IMG/VR virus record: IMGVR_UViG_3300032253_000016
Span: 1-37,003 of that record
Source: a virus
Lineage: Duplodnaviria; Caudoviricetes
DNA: 37,003 bases
Strand: one strand, 5' to 3'
Numbering within the stretch: position 1 is the first letter of the stretch; every line of letters begins with the position of its first letter. Below, one piece after another: positions 1 to 8,064 of this stretch. The notes below the pieces were generated by a model. That model did not search any database, was not told the origin of the DNA, and saw nothing but the letters and a program-made list of their open reading frames with translations. A program made the translations under genes and the position numbers.

Positions 1-127
1 TGTCAACCGCCGCCGCTGCAAGAACAGCAGCCGCAAGGCCGGCGTTATGAGACTTATCTTTGTTTTTAGTACGCATATCATCGTCAGCAACAAATTCAAT
101 CAACACATCAGGTCGAGCTTGCTTTAA
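1..127. repeat. Terminal overlap with 36877-37003 (circular assembly signature)
   Basis: Positions 2-127 are identical to 36878-37003; position 1 (T) differs from 36877 (C). The primase ORF reads through the junction. Confidence 0.95.
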
Positions 128-952
128 ACGCAACACCAAACTGCGCACAGGAGGCGTAATATCTTTTTCTTTAATGAACGCTTGAGGATAACCATTGTAA
201 ATATCTTGGTCTGAACAAAGCACAATTTGTGATGAGGGATATTTCTTGTGAAGCGCCAACGCAACAGACATCAAGTTACCTGCATTAAAAGCAACAGCAG
301 TTGGCCATTTGGTAACCTCATGAATAGACGCCCCCGTCGCATAGCCTTCGGCGATAGCGATTAAAGCTGGATGTTCATTTTGAGGTAAACCAAGAAGATG
401 AAAATGACCACGCATTGCTCCATTGGTCATAAATATTTTATTGCCTTCGCCATCTATCCACTGCAACGTCCACAACTTACCATCAACATCACATGCAGGG
501 ACAACTACCTTACCCTTTGCAAACTTAATACCGTGTGGTTTAATTTTTTTAGTGAATAAATAATCAGACTTACCGCCATCAGGTAAGCTATCAAAAATTT
601 TCTTAGCTCTATCAGCGGTTTCCAAATGTAACTTTTCTTTTGCCTTCTTACCTTCTTCTGCTGCACGCTGAGCGCGTTGTCGAGCTTCTGTACGTTCTTT
701 GTCAGTAACCTCGGTGTCATCGTCCAATGTTAAACGTATCTCTTCACCGGTAAGCCAGTTAAACAACATTCCCAACACAACTACGCGTCCAGATGATAAT
801 GTCAGCTCACTCAAACAGTACGTGCCCGACTTCTTTGTTTTCTTACCGTTCGTTGCTTTAACGCTATGCCACTGGCCATCAAGCTCAATGTTGCCCTCAA
901 TAGTCAATCCCAATGCTTCAGCTTTTTTATAAACATCATCCAACGCATTCAT
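1..952 (-). CDS. Toprim-domain DNA primase (P4 alpha/TraC-like), N-terminal part; continues across the junction to 36851 (~325 aa total)
   Basis: Not in the ORF track because it crosses the window edge. Manual translation from ATG 952: MNALDDVYKKAEALGL...VVVPACDVDGKLWTLQWIDGEGNKIF...GHFHLLG...IAIAEGYATGASIHEVTKWPTAVAFNAGNL...FVADDD, which contains the classic EGYATG, AFxAGNL and DxD motifs. Confidence 0.9.
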   Translation of the reverse strand, partial: MNALDDVYKKAEALGLTIEGNIELDGQWHSVKATNGKKTKKSGTYCLSELTLSSGRVVVLGMLFNWLTGEEIRLTLDDDTEVTDKERTEARQRAQRAAEEGKKAKEKLHLETADRAKKIFDSLPDGGKSDYLFTKKIKPHGIKFAKGKVVVPACDVDGKLWTLQWIDGEGNKIFMTNGAMRGHFHLLGLPQNEHPALIAIAEGYATGASIHEVTKWPTAVAFNAGNLMSVALALHKKYPSSQIVLCSDQDIYNGYPQAFIKEKDITPPVRSLVLRLKQARPDVLIEFVADDDMRTKNKDKSHNAGLAAAVLAAAAVD

Positions 953-982
953 TACTTTATCCCTTGTCAATCAGCTTGCCTT

Positions 983-1144
983 TTAAGGAACAACTGGAAC
1001 ATCTTTCCATTCTGTCCATGTTGGTTTAACAGGTGTTGTAGTAGAACTATCAACGTGTACAGTCTTAGTTCTAAATTGCAAAATATTTTTTGTACCTGCT
1101 CTTTCGTTGTGTACTATTCTTTCTTTAAACCTTAATTCAAACAT
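983..1144 (-). CDS. Small phage hypothetical protein (53 aa)
   Basis: Manual translation MFELRFKERIVHNERAGTKNILQFRTKTVHVDSSTTTPVKPTWTEWKDVPVVP; RBS AAGGAG upstream; fills the gap between flanking minus-strand genes. Confidence 0.75.
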   Translation of the reverse strand: MFELRFKERIVHNERAGTKNILQFRTKTVHVDSSTTTPVKPTWTEWKDVPVVP

Positions 1145-1153
1145 TTTCTCTCC

Positions 1154-1753
1154 TTAAGATTTTTCTAAACGATCTTTTAACTCAACAACGACATTTGACA
1201 CTTTAGATTGAGAAGCAAGATAAACAGAAATCATTGCTTCAATAGCATCCAACGTTTCCTTACTTGTTTGAGAGTTATTTAATTGACCGTCATCAGAAAG
1301 ATCTACCGCCACAGCGCTATTCGCTTCAGCAAACTCTTTCAACATATTGCTGTAAACATCTGCATGGTTACTATGTCCATTTGGAACAGGGATCGCCATC
1401 CAACCATCATTACGTAATAACAGTCGGTCTAATTCCATTCCATGCTGTACACCATAAATATTTAAGGTATCGATAATCGGGCGAATAAAAACCAATGGTA
1501 AATATGTTGTGCCATCAATCGCGCGCCAAAATTTCTTATTGTTTGCATCAATTTTTGCTTTAGCCACCTTCAATTCATCACGGCGATGAGCCTCTTTAAA
1601 TTCAGGGACATCATCACCAGGAGGAACAGCCTCCAAAAATACGGATACAAAATGATTAGCAAAATCCTCTCGTGTAAAGGCTTTTTTGAATACAACCAAA
1701 TCATCGAGGTATTCACGAATAATGCGTTGCGGCAGCTGTCGGTCATCAGACAT
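1154..1753 (-). CDS. Hypothetical protein, CII-like position downstream of cro
   Basis: 199-aa ORF in the lambdoid cII position; helical C-terminus. Function inferred from synteny only. Confidence 0.5.
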   Translation of the reverse strand: MSDDRQLPQRIIREYLDDLVVFKKAFTREDFANHFVSVFLEAVPPGDDVPEFKEAHRRDELKVAKAKIDANNKKFWRAIDGTTYLPLVFIRPIIDTLNIYGVQHGMELDRLLLRNDGWMAIPVPNGHSNHADVYSNMLKEFAEANSAVAVDLSDDGQLNNSQTSKETLDAIEAMISVYLASQSKVSNVVVELKDRLEKS

Positions 1754-1865
1754 AGTTTTTACCTGTTAGTACTGTATTGTTTAAAAAAAGCGAAAAGGAA
1801 TATCCATATGGAAACTGGCACCGGAAAAATAAATAAAGAATTAATGAACAATTTAGAATTAAAAA

Positions 1866-2048
1866 TCATGCGGCAGACTCACCTTCTTGTTTTATTTTCT
1901 TCAGCCGATGCGCTGCGCCCGTCACCCTATCAATCGTTGCCTGTGGCAAATCATCAGGCCATTGATATACGGCGTGCCGAGTAATGCTAAGTGCATCTGC
2001 TAAATCTTTTGGAGCACCGAATAAATTTATTGCTTCATTTTTTGTCAT
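1866..2048 (-). CDS. cro: Cro-like HTH repressor (60 aa)
   Basis: MTKNEAINLFGAPKDLADALSITRHAVYQWPDDLP is a typical Cro HTH; divergent from cI; start reassigned to ATG 2048. Confidence 0.88.
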   Translation of the reverse strand: MTKNEAINLFGAPKDLADALSITRHAVYQWPDDLPQATIDRVTGAAHRLKKIKQEGESAA

Positions 2049-2055
2049 GCGAACT

Positions 2056-2084
2056 ATGGTAAGCATGTTTACCTGTGATGTCAA
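2056..2084 (-). promoter_or_regulatory. PR-like sigma70 promoter driving cro
   Basis: Minus strand TTGACA (2084-2079), 17 nt spacer, TACCAT (2061-2056); overlaps two operators. Confidence 0.75.
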
Positions 2085-2114
2085 CATACTTACTTAATTG
2101 TAAGTAAACTTACA
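2058..2114. promoter_or_regulatory. Three 16-bp operators (OR-like)
   Basis: GGTAAGCATGTTTACC (2058-2073), TGTCAACATACTTACT (2079-2094) and TGTAAGTAAACTTACA (2099-2114): imperfect palindromes at 20-21 bp spacing between cro and cI. Confidence 0.85.
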
Positions 2115-2117
2115 AAT

Positions 2118-2615
2118 ATGAAAACAACAAACTTTCTCGATGTTGGGGCGCGAATTAAAGAGCTCCGTTTAGCAAAAGGCTGGAGTCAAAACGACCTTGC
2201 TCTCAAAGTAGGTGTTCAGCGACCATCCGTATCACAATGGGAAAGTGGAGATACGCAAAATATTAAAAACAGTTATTTGATTGGGTTGAGCAACGCTTTT
2301 GACATTACTGTCGATGAGTTATTAACAGGAATCCCGCCTCTACAAGTCAACGAACCATCCCCCGCATATAAAACTAGCCCACTAAATAAAGAAACTATAA
2401 AAAACACGATCTCATTAATTAGATTTTTAGAAAATAAATTAGACGCATCTTTTGATCTTGATGAATGGACAGAATTATTTGGTCACTTTTATGCAGAATA
2501 TAACAGCGGACAAAAAAGAGGCGTTAAAGTCGATAAAGCCGATCTCGTTTTTGATTTTCACTCAATTATCAGCAATATAAAAAACACTAAATCAAAAACG
2601 ATAAAAGAAAAATAA
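2118..2615 (+). CDS. CI-like XRE-family repressor without a C-terminal S24 peptidase domain
   Basis: N-terminal GARIKELRLAKGWSQNDLALKVGVQRPSVSQWESG HTH, VNEPSPAY linker; divergent from cro. Confidence 0.88.
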   Translation: MKTTNFLDVGARIKELRLAKGWSQNDLALKVGVQRPSVSQWESGDTQNIKNSYLIGLSNAFDITVDELLTGIPPLQVNEPSPAYKTSPLNKETIKNTISLIRFLENKLDASFDLDEWTELFGHFYAEYNSGQKRGVKVDKADLVFDFHSIISNIKNTKSKTIKEK

Positions 2616-2642
2616 TTAATATCGCAAAAACTAGAGGGAATT

Positions 2643-3143
2643 ATGGCTATAACAAAGTGCAAAGAATGCAAAAAAGAAGTTTCATCAAGCGCGAAGGTTT
2701 GTCCACATTGTGGGATTAAAGATCCAGGAGTTGGTGCCAAAGAAGCTATATGGGGTTTTATTATAGTGTTAGTTATCACTGGTTTCATCTGGAGTTCATG
2801 CACACTAGATGACAGTGAAAACACAACAGCTAACACCCAAAAAACTAACTTTAAATACGTCTCAAAAAAACATTTCCCTAAAACTTGGCCTCTCACGGTT
2901 GATGGTGGCAGTATTCGTTGTGTTGGCTCATTTGATGCTGTTTTATTTTTAGCTAATAAAAAAACTTACGCACTAAATGGGGCTGGATATAATTACGCAG
3001 AAGAAAATGGTATATCTATAACAGAAATTAAAAATATATGGGCAGAGGACAAATCATTAAGCTTCATTAAAGGAAAAGACTTTACACCAAAAATGGATTT
3101 AAGCCCGCTTACAGATTTCGGGGTAACATTGTGTAAAACATGA
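2643..3143 (+). CDS. Zinc-ribbon + transmembrane + YebY/DUF2511-like periplasmic protein
   Basis: CKEC..CPHCG zinc ribbon, hydrophobic AIWGFIIVLVITGFIW segment, then WPLTVDGGSIRC...TYALNG resembling the YebY family. Confidence 0.7.
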   Translation: MAITKCKECKKEVSSSAKVCPHCGIKDPGVGAKEAIWGFIIVLVITGFIWSSCTLDDSENTTANTQKTNFKYVSKKHFPKTWPLTVDGGSIRCVGSFDAVLFLANKKTYALNGAGYNYAEENGISITEIKNIWAEDKSLSFIKGKDFTPKMDLSPLTDFGVTLCKT

Positions 3144-3166
3144 ATGACGGGGCAGAGGTGGTAATA

Positions 3167-3592
3167 TTAATTGCACCACCCTGCCCGCTTACTTTTCCCA
3201 TCATAAAATCTCGCGTACCCTACTTTAATTAATTCATCACCAAGATTTTTTCCATCCACATAAACATCTGCAACTAACCTAAAATACTTCCCACGAGTTA
3301 CATTTTTCAATTCAACAGCACCAGACTGAAGAAAATTAAACGTAAATAATCGAGCTTGTTTTGCTAACGCTTTTTCCTTTAAGCATTTACCTCGGATTTC
3401 TGGCGCATCAACTTTATTCACTCGGACCGGCATATTTAGTCCAGCAAAAGCTGGCCAGCCATCAATATTGACTCTAAAAGTATCTGCATCATAAACAGAA
3501 GCAATCTCCGTAACCAATACAACGCCATAATTCATCTTTGCCCCTACCGAAATAGAAGTAACCAGTAGCGCTAAGAATATAATATTTTTCAT
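3167..3592 (-). CDS. Secreted thermonuclease (SNase-like)
   Basis: Signal peptide, then VYDADTF, VRVNKVDAPE, GKYFRLVADVYVDG and L..G.A..YDG motifs. Confidence 0.9.
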   Translation of the reverse strand: MKNIIFLALLVTSISVGAKMNYGVVLVTEIASVYDADTFRVNIDGWPAFAGLNMPVRVNKVDAPEIRGKCLKEKALAKQARLFTFNFLQSGAVELKNVTRGKYFRLVADVYVDGKNLGDELIKVGYARFYDGKSKRAGWCN

Positions 3593-3648
3593 CTTTACCC
3601 TCTCCCCTTAAATTTTAGTCTCTTATTATATGCTTTTTTTATTTTTAA

Positions 3649-3695
3649 TGTAAGCATATTGACATATTATGTTGCGATATGTAAACATGCTTACC
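3649..3695 (+). promoter_or_regulatory. PL-like promoter region with two operators (OL-like)
   Basis: TGTAAGCATATTGACA (3649-3664, contains TTGACA) and TGTAAACATGCTTACC (3680-3695; its reverse complement matches 2058-2073 at 15/16), upstream of the rightward operon. Confidence 0.8.
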
Positions 3696-3728
3696 AGTTA
3701 AGAATAAAAGAGCAAAAAGGGGCGTCAA

Positions 3729-4109
3729 ATGAACCAAACAACAGCACAAACCGCTTCCCAAGAAGCTAATGAAGCAAGCGATACCGGTGATATTCACTTT
3801 TTAGCAGCGTGGATTCAAGCAGTCAATTTAATTGGACCTCGCTCCTTTGGCTGCATGGCTAGAACGCCCGACACCGCAACACATCCACATCAGCTAACCC
3901 CAAAGCTTGATGTGATAAGAAAATCTTTTCCAAATAAATCAAAACATGACGCCGTTTTTGTTGCAGCCGTTGCCAGTTTATACAACGCATCAGAAGGACA
4001 AAAGCTGCTTAATAAGGTGGGATGCAGTTTTGGAGATATGGCGCTTGTTCTTAAGCCTCAACAACGTGCCATCCTGTCGGACTTATTTCTTCATTATAGA
4101 GGGTGGTGA
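3729..4109 (+). CDS. Hypothetical protein, first gene of the rightward early operon
   Basis: 126-aa ORF with RBS AAGGGG; tightly packed with the next gene. Confidence 0.75.
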   Translation: MNQTTAQTASQEANEASDTGDIHFLAAWIQAVNLIGPRSFGCMARTPDTATHPHQLTPKLDVIRKSFPNKSKHDAVFVAAVASLYNASEGQKLLNKVGCSFGDMALVLKPQQRAILSDLFLHYRGW

Positions 4110-4110
4110 A

Positions 4111-4398
4111 ATGGAAGTTGAATGCTTAAAAGAAACTTTACTCGCTTTGGTTTGTAGTGAATGGCAAACAAGAACAGCTTCAATCTCACGCTATAACCAG
4201 GAAAGGAAATTAGGTTATTCATTTATGGTTAAAGATAAGCTTGATGGCTATCTATCGGCAATGGCCGCTATTGCATTGCTCATAGGTGACGAAGAATTAA
4301 GTGAAGACCTTCGTTGTTTAATTTTAACTCTAATTTACTTTGATTCTTCAACTCCTCTTTCTAAATTATCCGAGGCAAGGTCATGCCTAAAAATATAA
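4111..4398 (+). CDS. Hypothetical protein (95 aa)
   Basis: Start reassigned to ATG 4111 immediately after the previous stop, with GGGTGG RBS. Confidence 0.65.
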   Translation: MEVECLKETLLALVCSEWQTRTASISRYNQERKLGYSFMVKDKLDGYLSAMAAIALLIGDEELSEDLRCLILTLIYFDSSTPLSKLSEARSCLKI

Positions 4399-4622
4399 CC
4401 GTTTGTCGCTTTGAAAAAGCACAAAAAGAAGGGTGGATATCAATTGAAGGTACTTTTGCATGGGCATGGCGTGTTGATTTAGCTAACGATAACACCTTAG
4501 TAGGCGTATGTAACGGTAGGCGTAAACAAGCTGTAGATAAAGCAAGCGCAATGGCTAAAAAAACAAAAAGCCAACAGAGTTCTAATGCTTCTCGCTCAAA
4601 GCGGACACACTACCATGTGTAA
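4383..4622 (+). CDS. Hypothetical protein (79 aa)
   Basis: RBS GAGG/AAGG; overlaps neighbours in operon fashion. Confidence 0.65.
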   Translation: MPKNITVCRFEKAQKEGWISIEGTFAWAWRVDLANDNTLVGVCNGRRKQAVDKASAMAKKTKSQQSSNASRSKRTHYHV

Positions 4623-4827
4623 CAACGCCTTTGCTATTGATGGTAGAGGTGTTTTCACAACGCGCCCCTCCGTCAATGACGTTTATCTTTCACCAAGAAA
4701 AGAACAGGTCATCATTGCTGCCTCTTGGTGTAAAGGTGTTGTCCTTTTAGGCGGCAAAGCAATATCAACAGAGCAGTTTCAAAACTACATTTTCTATAAA
4801 AAAGGGGAACGGGATTATGGATGTTAA
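4615..4827 (+). CDS. Hypothetical protein (70 aa)
   Basis: Operon-style overlaps at both ends; start taken at ATG 4615. Confidence 0.55.
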   Translation: MCNNAFAIDGRGVFTTRPSVNDVYLSPRKEQVIIAASWCKGVVLLGGKAISTEQFQNYIFYKKGERDYGC

Positions 4828-5074
4828 TAAAAAGCCAACCTGGGCACACATATGCAGCGTACAGAATATACATATGAATATAGAGCTTGGAGAGGCATGT
4901 CAATTATGCGGTGCTCACTCATCAACTGAAACACGCTATTGCCAATGTTGTGGTTTGCTCACAGATCAACTCAAAGATGACTTATGCGCATCATGTAATA
5001 GTAAAACTATCACGTTAGGAAATGAAGCTGCTGATGTAAGCACAATACCTAACTATCACAACACAATTGCTTAG
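4817..5074 (+). CDS. Small Cys-rich zinc-finger protein
   Basis: HxC, CxxC, CxCC and CxxC motifs in 85 aa. Confidence 0.65.
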   Translation: MDVNKKPTWAHICSVQNIHMNIELGEACQLCGAHSSTETRYCQCCGLLTDQLKDDLCASCNSKTITLGNEAADVSTIPNYHNTIA

Positions 5075-5082
5075 GAGAAATC

Positions 5083-6804
5083 ATGCAACAAACAACTCAA
5101 AAAATCGAATTAGTGGAAGGACAAGTTAGCCAAATTCCTTTAGAACTCATCGACAGAGATGAAAATCAACCACGAACGCATTTCGATTCAGACTGGCTAA
5201 AAGAGCTGGGCGCAGACATTAAAAAAAATAGCGTACAACAACCTGTTACGTTGCGTCCTAATCCAAAGGCAACAGGTCGCTACATAATCGTTTATGGAGA
5301 AAACCGCGTTAACGCTAGTCGTCTCGTTAAAATGCCAACTGTTCCTGCACTGCTTTACAAAGGAAAAACAGAAGGAAAAACCGCAGACCTAGAACTACTA
5401 CTCAGCCAAGTAAAAGAAAATACTTTACGTAAAGAATTGAACGCAATGGACTGGGCACACTTATTTCATACCATGAATAAAGAACACGGTATGACACAAC
5501 CACAAATTGAAGCATCACTTAAAAAACATGGTGTGGGTAATTATGGACGCAGTTATATCTCCAACATCATCATGCTTCGCAAACTGCCTGATTGGGCGCA
5601 AGAAATGGTGCGCAATGAAACTATAACACCAGCACACGGTAAGTACTTATTACCGGCAATGGTCAGTGAAGAAGTCAGCGCAAATATTAAAACGAAATTT
5701 GAAAGTGACGAAAAATGGACGCCGACCGTACGTGAATTACAAAATGAAATATATATAAAATTTGTCCGTCAGCACGATGAAATTACGGGGTTCAAAACTA
5801 ACTTCGATTATAAAAAGAAGTGCATAGCTTCAGGTTGCAAAAACAATTGCAAAATTAGTGCTGATGAAACCAACGGAATTTTTTGTTTAGACAAAAAGTG
5901 CTACTCAAAACTTCAAGCTAAAGAAGAACAAAAACGACAAAAAGCAATTCAGCGACAAAAAGATAAAGAAGAAAACAAAGAACCTGTTGAAGTAAAAGCA
6001 GATAAAAAAAATCGTGTTGATACACGACAGCTTGAATTATGTCCTGAATATTTCCCTCTAGAAGATGCTGAATTCAATAAAACTGAATGTGAAAACTGTC
6101 CTCATAATCATATAGCAATATCAGAAGGACAATTCCAAGAAGACAATGACGTTATTGAGCAAAACGCATGCTTCAATGAACCTTGCTTTGATAAAAAGGA
6201 AGAACTGCACAGCCAGGCTACTCGAACCATTGAGCATCACATGCTTAAACAAGTTGTTAACATGTTAAAAGATGAACCTGCGTTAGCGTTGAGGGTTATG
6301 GCGTGGATTGCATCTGATTGTCCAGATGGAATAAGACAACAAAAAGATGATGAGTATATAAGCTTTGACGGTTCTCCATGTCCAGCTGATGAAGAGGACT
6401 TTGAAAAAATTCTTTTCAAACATCAATTGTTTTCAGTGTCACAATTTTTAACTGTGGATGAAAAAGCTATCCCAGATCTTCTTGAAGTCATAATTATCGA
6501 AAGCTGGCTAAGTCGTCAACTAATTGAAGTGCTATGGAAGCGGTTCAAATATGAAATAACTGACTTTAAATTAGATGTTGAATACATAAATACGCTTCGC
6601 GAAAAAGAGCTTCGCGCGCTAGTAGAAAACACCTCTGACCTCCCTCCTGCTGTCTTTGCCGATCTTAATACTGAAGGTACAAATGAAAATATTGATTCAT
6701 TACGTAAAAAAGTCATTAGTCATTTAAAGTTTTTTAAAGCGCCGGTTAATGATCTTCATCATGCTTATCAAACTATGACAAAAGAAGGAGAATCTAATGT
6801 TTAA
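5083..6804 (+). CDS. Large ParB/RepB/Spo0J-family protein with Cys-rich central domain
   Basis: N-terminal IPLELIDRDENQPRTHFD, QPVTLR, YIIVYGENR and EN..R..LN ParB motifs plus HTH; two Cys4 clusters downstream. Confidence 0.88.
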   Translation: MQQTTQKIELVEGQVSQIPLELIDRDENQPRTHFDSDWLKELGADIKKNSVQQPVTLRPNPKATGRYIIVYGENRVNASRLVKMPTVPALLYKGKTEGKTADLELLLSQVKENTLRKELNAMDWAHLFHTMNKEHGMTQPQIEASLKKHGVGNYGRSYISNIIMLRKLPDWAQEMVRNETITPAHGKYLLPAMVSEEVSANIKTKFESDEKWTPTVRELQNEIYIKFVRQHDEITGFKTNFDYKKKCIASGCKNNCKISADETNGIFCLDKKCYSKLQAKEEQKRQKAIQRQKDKEENKEPVEVKADKKNRVDTRQLELCPEYFPLEDAEFNKTECENCPHNHIAISEGQFQEDNDVIEQNACFNEPCFDKKEELHSQATRTIEHHMLKQVVNMLKDEPALALRVMAWIASDCPDGIRQQKDDEYISFDGSPCPADEEDFEKILFKHQLFSVSQFLTVDEKAIPDLLEVIIIESWLSRQLIEVLWKRFKYEITDFKLDVEYINTLREKELRALVENTSDLPPAVFADLNTEGTNENIDSLRKKVISHLKFFKAPVNDLHHAYQTMTKEGESNV

Positions 6805-7237
6805 ATTAAGCCACCGCTCAAAACGACGCCGCATTGGTGTTGACCTACGCCTGATTGAAATTAATGACTTAGCACTGCAAATATCCGTCATTGATTTTGG
6901 TATCCCCGAACACGGCGGTCTTCGTGATGCTGAAGAACAAAACCAGCTTTATTCAAATGGCTTTTCTAAAGCCGATGGATATATAAACCTAAGTCTTCAT
7001 CAGCCTGATGAAAATGGTTTCAGTCGTAGTTTAGATTTTTATGCTTATGTCAATGGAGCAGCGAGTTGGCAATCTCATCATCTTGCAATGGTCGCAGCGG
7101 CTCATTTACAAGCAGCCTCTATGTTGGGTTACGCCATTGAATGGGGTGGCTTCTGGAAACGTAAAACACCTAAATTTAAAAATGGCATCCCATATGGTTG
7201 GGACATGGCACACATCCAACTAGCAGAGGAGAACTAA
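6797..7237 (+). CDS. Endolysin, M15-family peptidase (L-Ala-D-Glu type)
   Basis: FKLS.RS, G.R..EEQ..LY, S.H, D, IEWGGFW and D.AHIQL zinc-peptidase motifs. Confidence 0.9.
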   Translation: MFKLSHRSKRRRIGVDLRLIEINDLALQISVIDFGIPEHGGLRDAEEQNQLYSNGFSKADGYINLSLHQPDENGFSRSLDFYAYVNGAASWQSHHLAMVAAAHLQAASMLGYAIEWGGFWKRKTPKFKNGIPYGWDMAHIQLAEEN

Positions 7238-7238
7238 A

Positions 7239-7808
7239 ATGGACTTCGGAAAATTATTTGATTCAATCAAAGGCCCACTATTAACCGCGGCATCAACATT
7301 AATACCAGGAGGTCCCTTAATTCTTGGAGCCGTTAACTCTATGTTGCCTGATGATGAAAAATTGCCAGAAACGGCAACCGGTAAAGATATCCGTAATGCG
7401 GTAGACAAGCTTAAGCCTAAACAGAGAATGGCATTAATGAGTAAAGAGCTAGATGTTGAAATCGAAGAAATAAAAGGTTGGGCATCCATACAAGCATCGC
7501 TCTCAGAGGCCGACAAAGCAGGCTCAAGCACACGACCAACTATTGCATTAATGATGGCGTGGTGTGTTGTTTTTGCAATCGTTGTTTTCATGGGAGCTTG
7601 GGTCACAGCAATAGTGATTGATGATGGTTTCTTAGTTGATTCATTAGGTGATTCATGGCCTTTATTTGCAACCGTTATCGGTACACCAACTTTGTTATTA
7701 CGCGCTTACTTTGGAATGCGCACAAAAGAAAAAACAACCCGCTATAACGCAGCATCAGGGCAACCAACAAGTGCAGTATCAAGCTTAATTAGCGCGTTCA
7801 GAAAGTAA
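7239..7808 (+). CDS. Holin-like membrane protein (3TM/GTA-holin-like)
   Basis: Directly after the endolysin; TRPTIA followed by hydrophobic helices and YFGMRTKEK. Confidence 0.75.
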   Translation: MDFGKLFDSIKGPLLTAASTLIPGGPLILGAVNSMLPDDEKLPETATGKDIRNAVDKLKPKQRMALMSKELDVEIEEIKGWASIQASLSEADKAGSSTRPTIALMMAWCVVFAIVVFMGAWVTAIVIDDGFLVDSLGDSWPLFATVIGTPTLLLRAYFGMRTKEKTTRYNAASGQPTSAVSSLISAFRK

Positions 7809-7839
7809 AATAATTAAATTAAATATTACGGCAATTAAA

Positions 7840-8064
7840 ATGACAATCCACCTTACAGAGCAAGAGTTATACGACATTACTCACAAAGTACGCTATCGTG
7901 CTCAATCAAAGGCGCTGGCACAAATGGGAATTGATTTTAAACTTCGCCCAGATGGGTCTATACTCGTCAGTAGGTCATGTTATGAATCTAGCATGGGTGG
8001 AAGTTCAACAACTAAAAAGGTATTGGCTGCGCCAGATTTCAGCTCATTATTGAATGTCTCCTAA
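7840..8064 (+). CDS. Putative excisionase (DUF4224-like)
   Basis: LTEQELYDIT...AQ..AL..MGI.F..RPDG...V and C-terminal PDFS; overlaps the integrase start. Confidence 0.85.
   Translation: MTIHLTEQELYDITHKVRYRAQSKALAQMGIDFKLRPDGSILVSRSCYESSMGGSSTTKKVLAAPDFSSLLNVS

Noticed and set aside
1-127. Biological direct terminal repeat
   Set aside because: It falls mid-gene, has a k-mer-like length, and the genome has a cos site with a gpA terminase elsewhere.
505-1135. ORF-track entries 505-720, 699-932 and 866-1135
   Set aside because: They are shadows of the junction-spanning primase and the 53-aa gene.
5083-6804. Linear plasmid-prophage lifestyle (N15/VP882-like)
   Set aside because: No protelomerase, ParA or long tel palindrome; int, xis and attP indicate integration.
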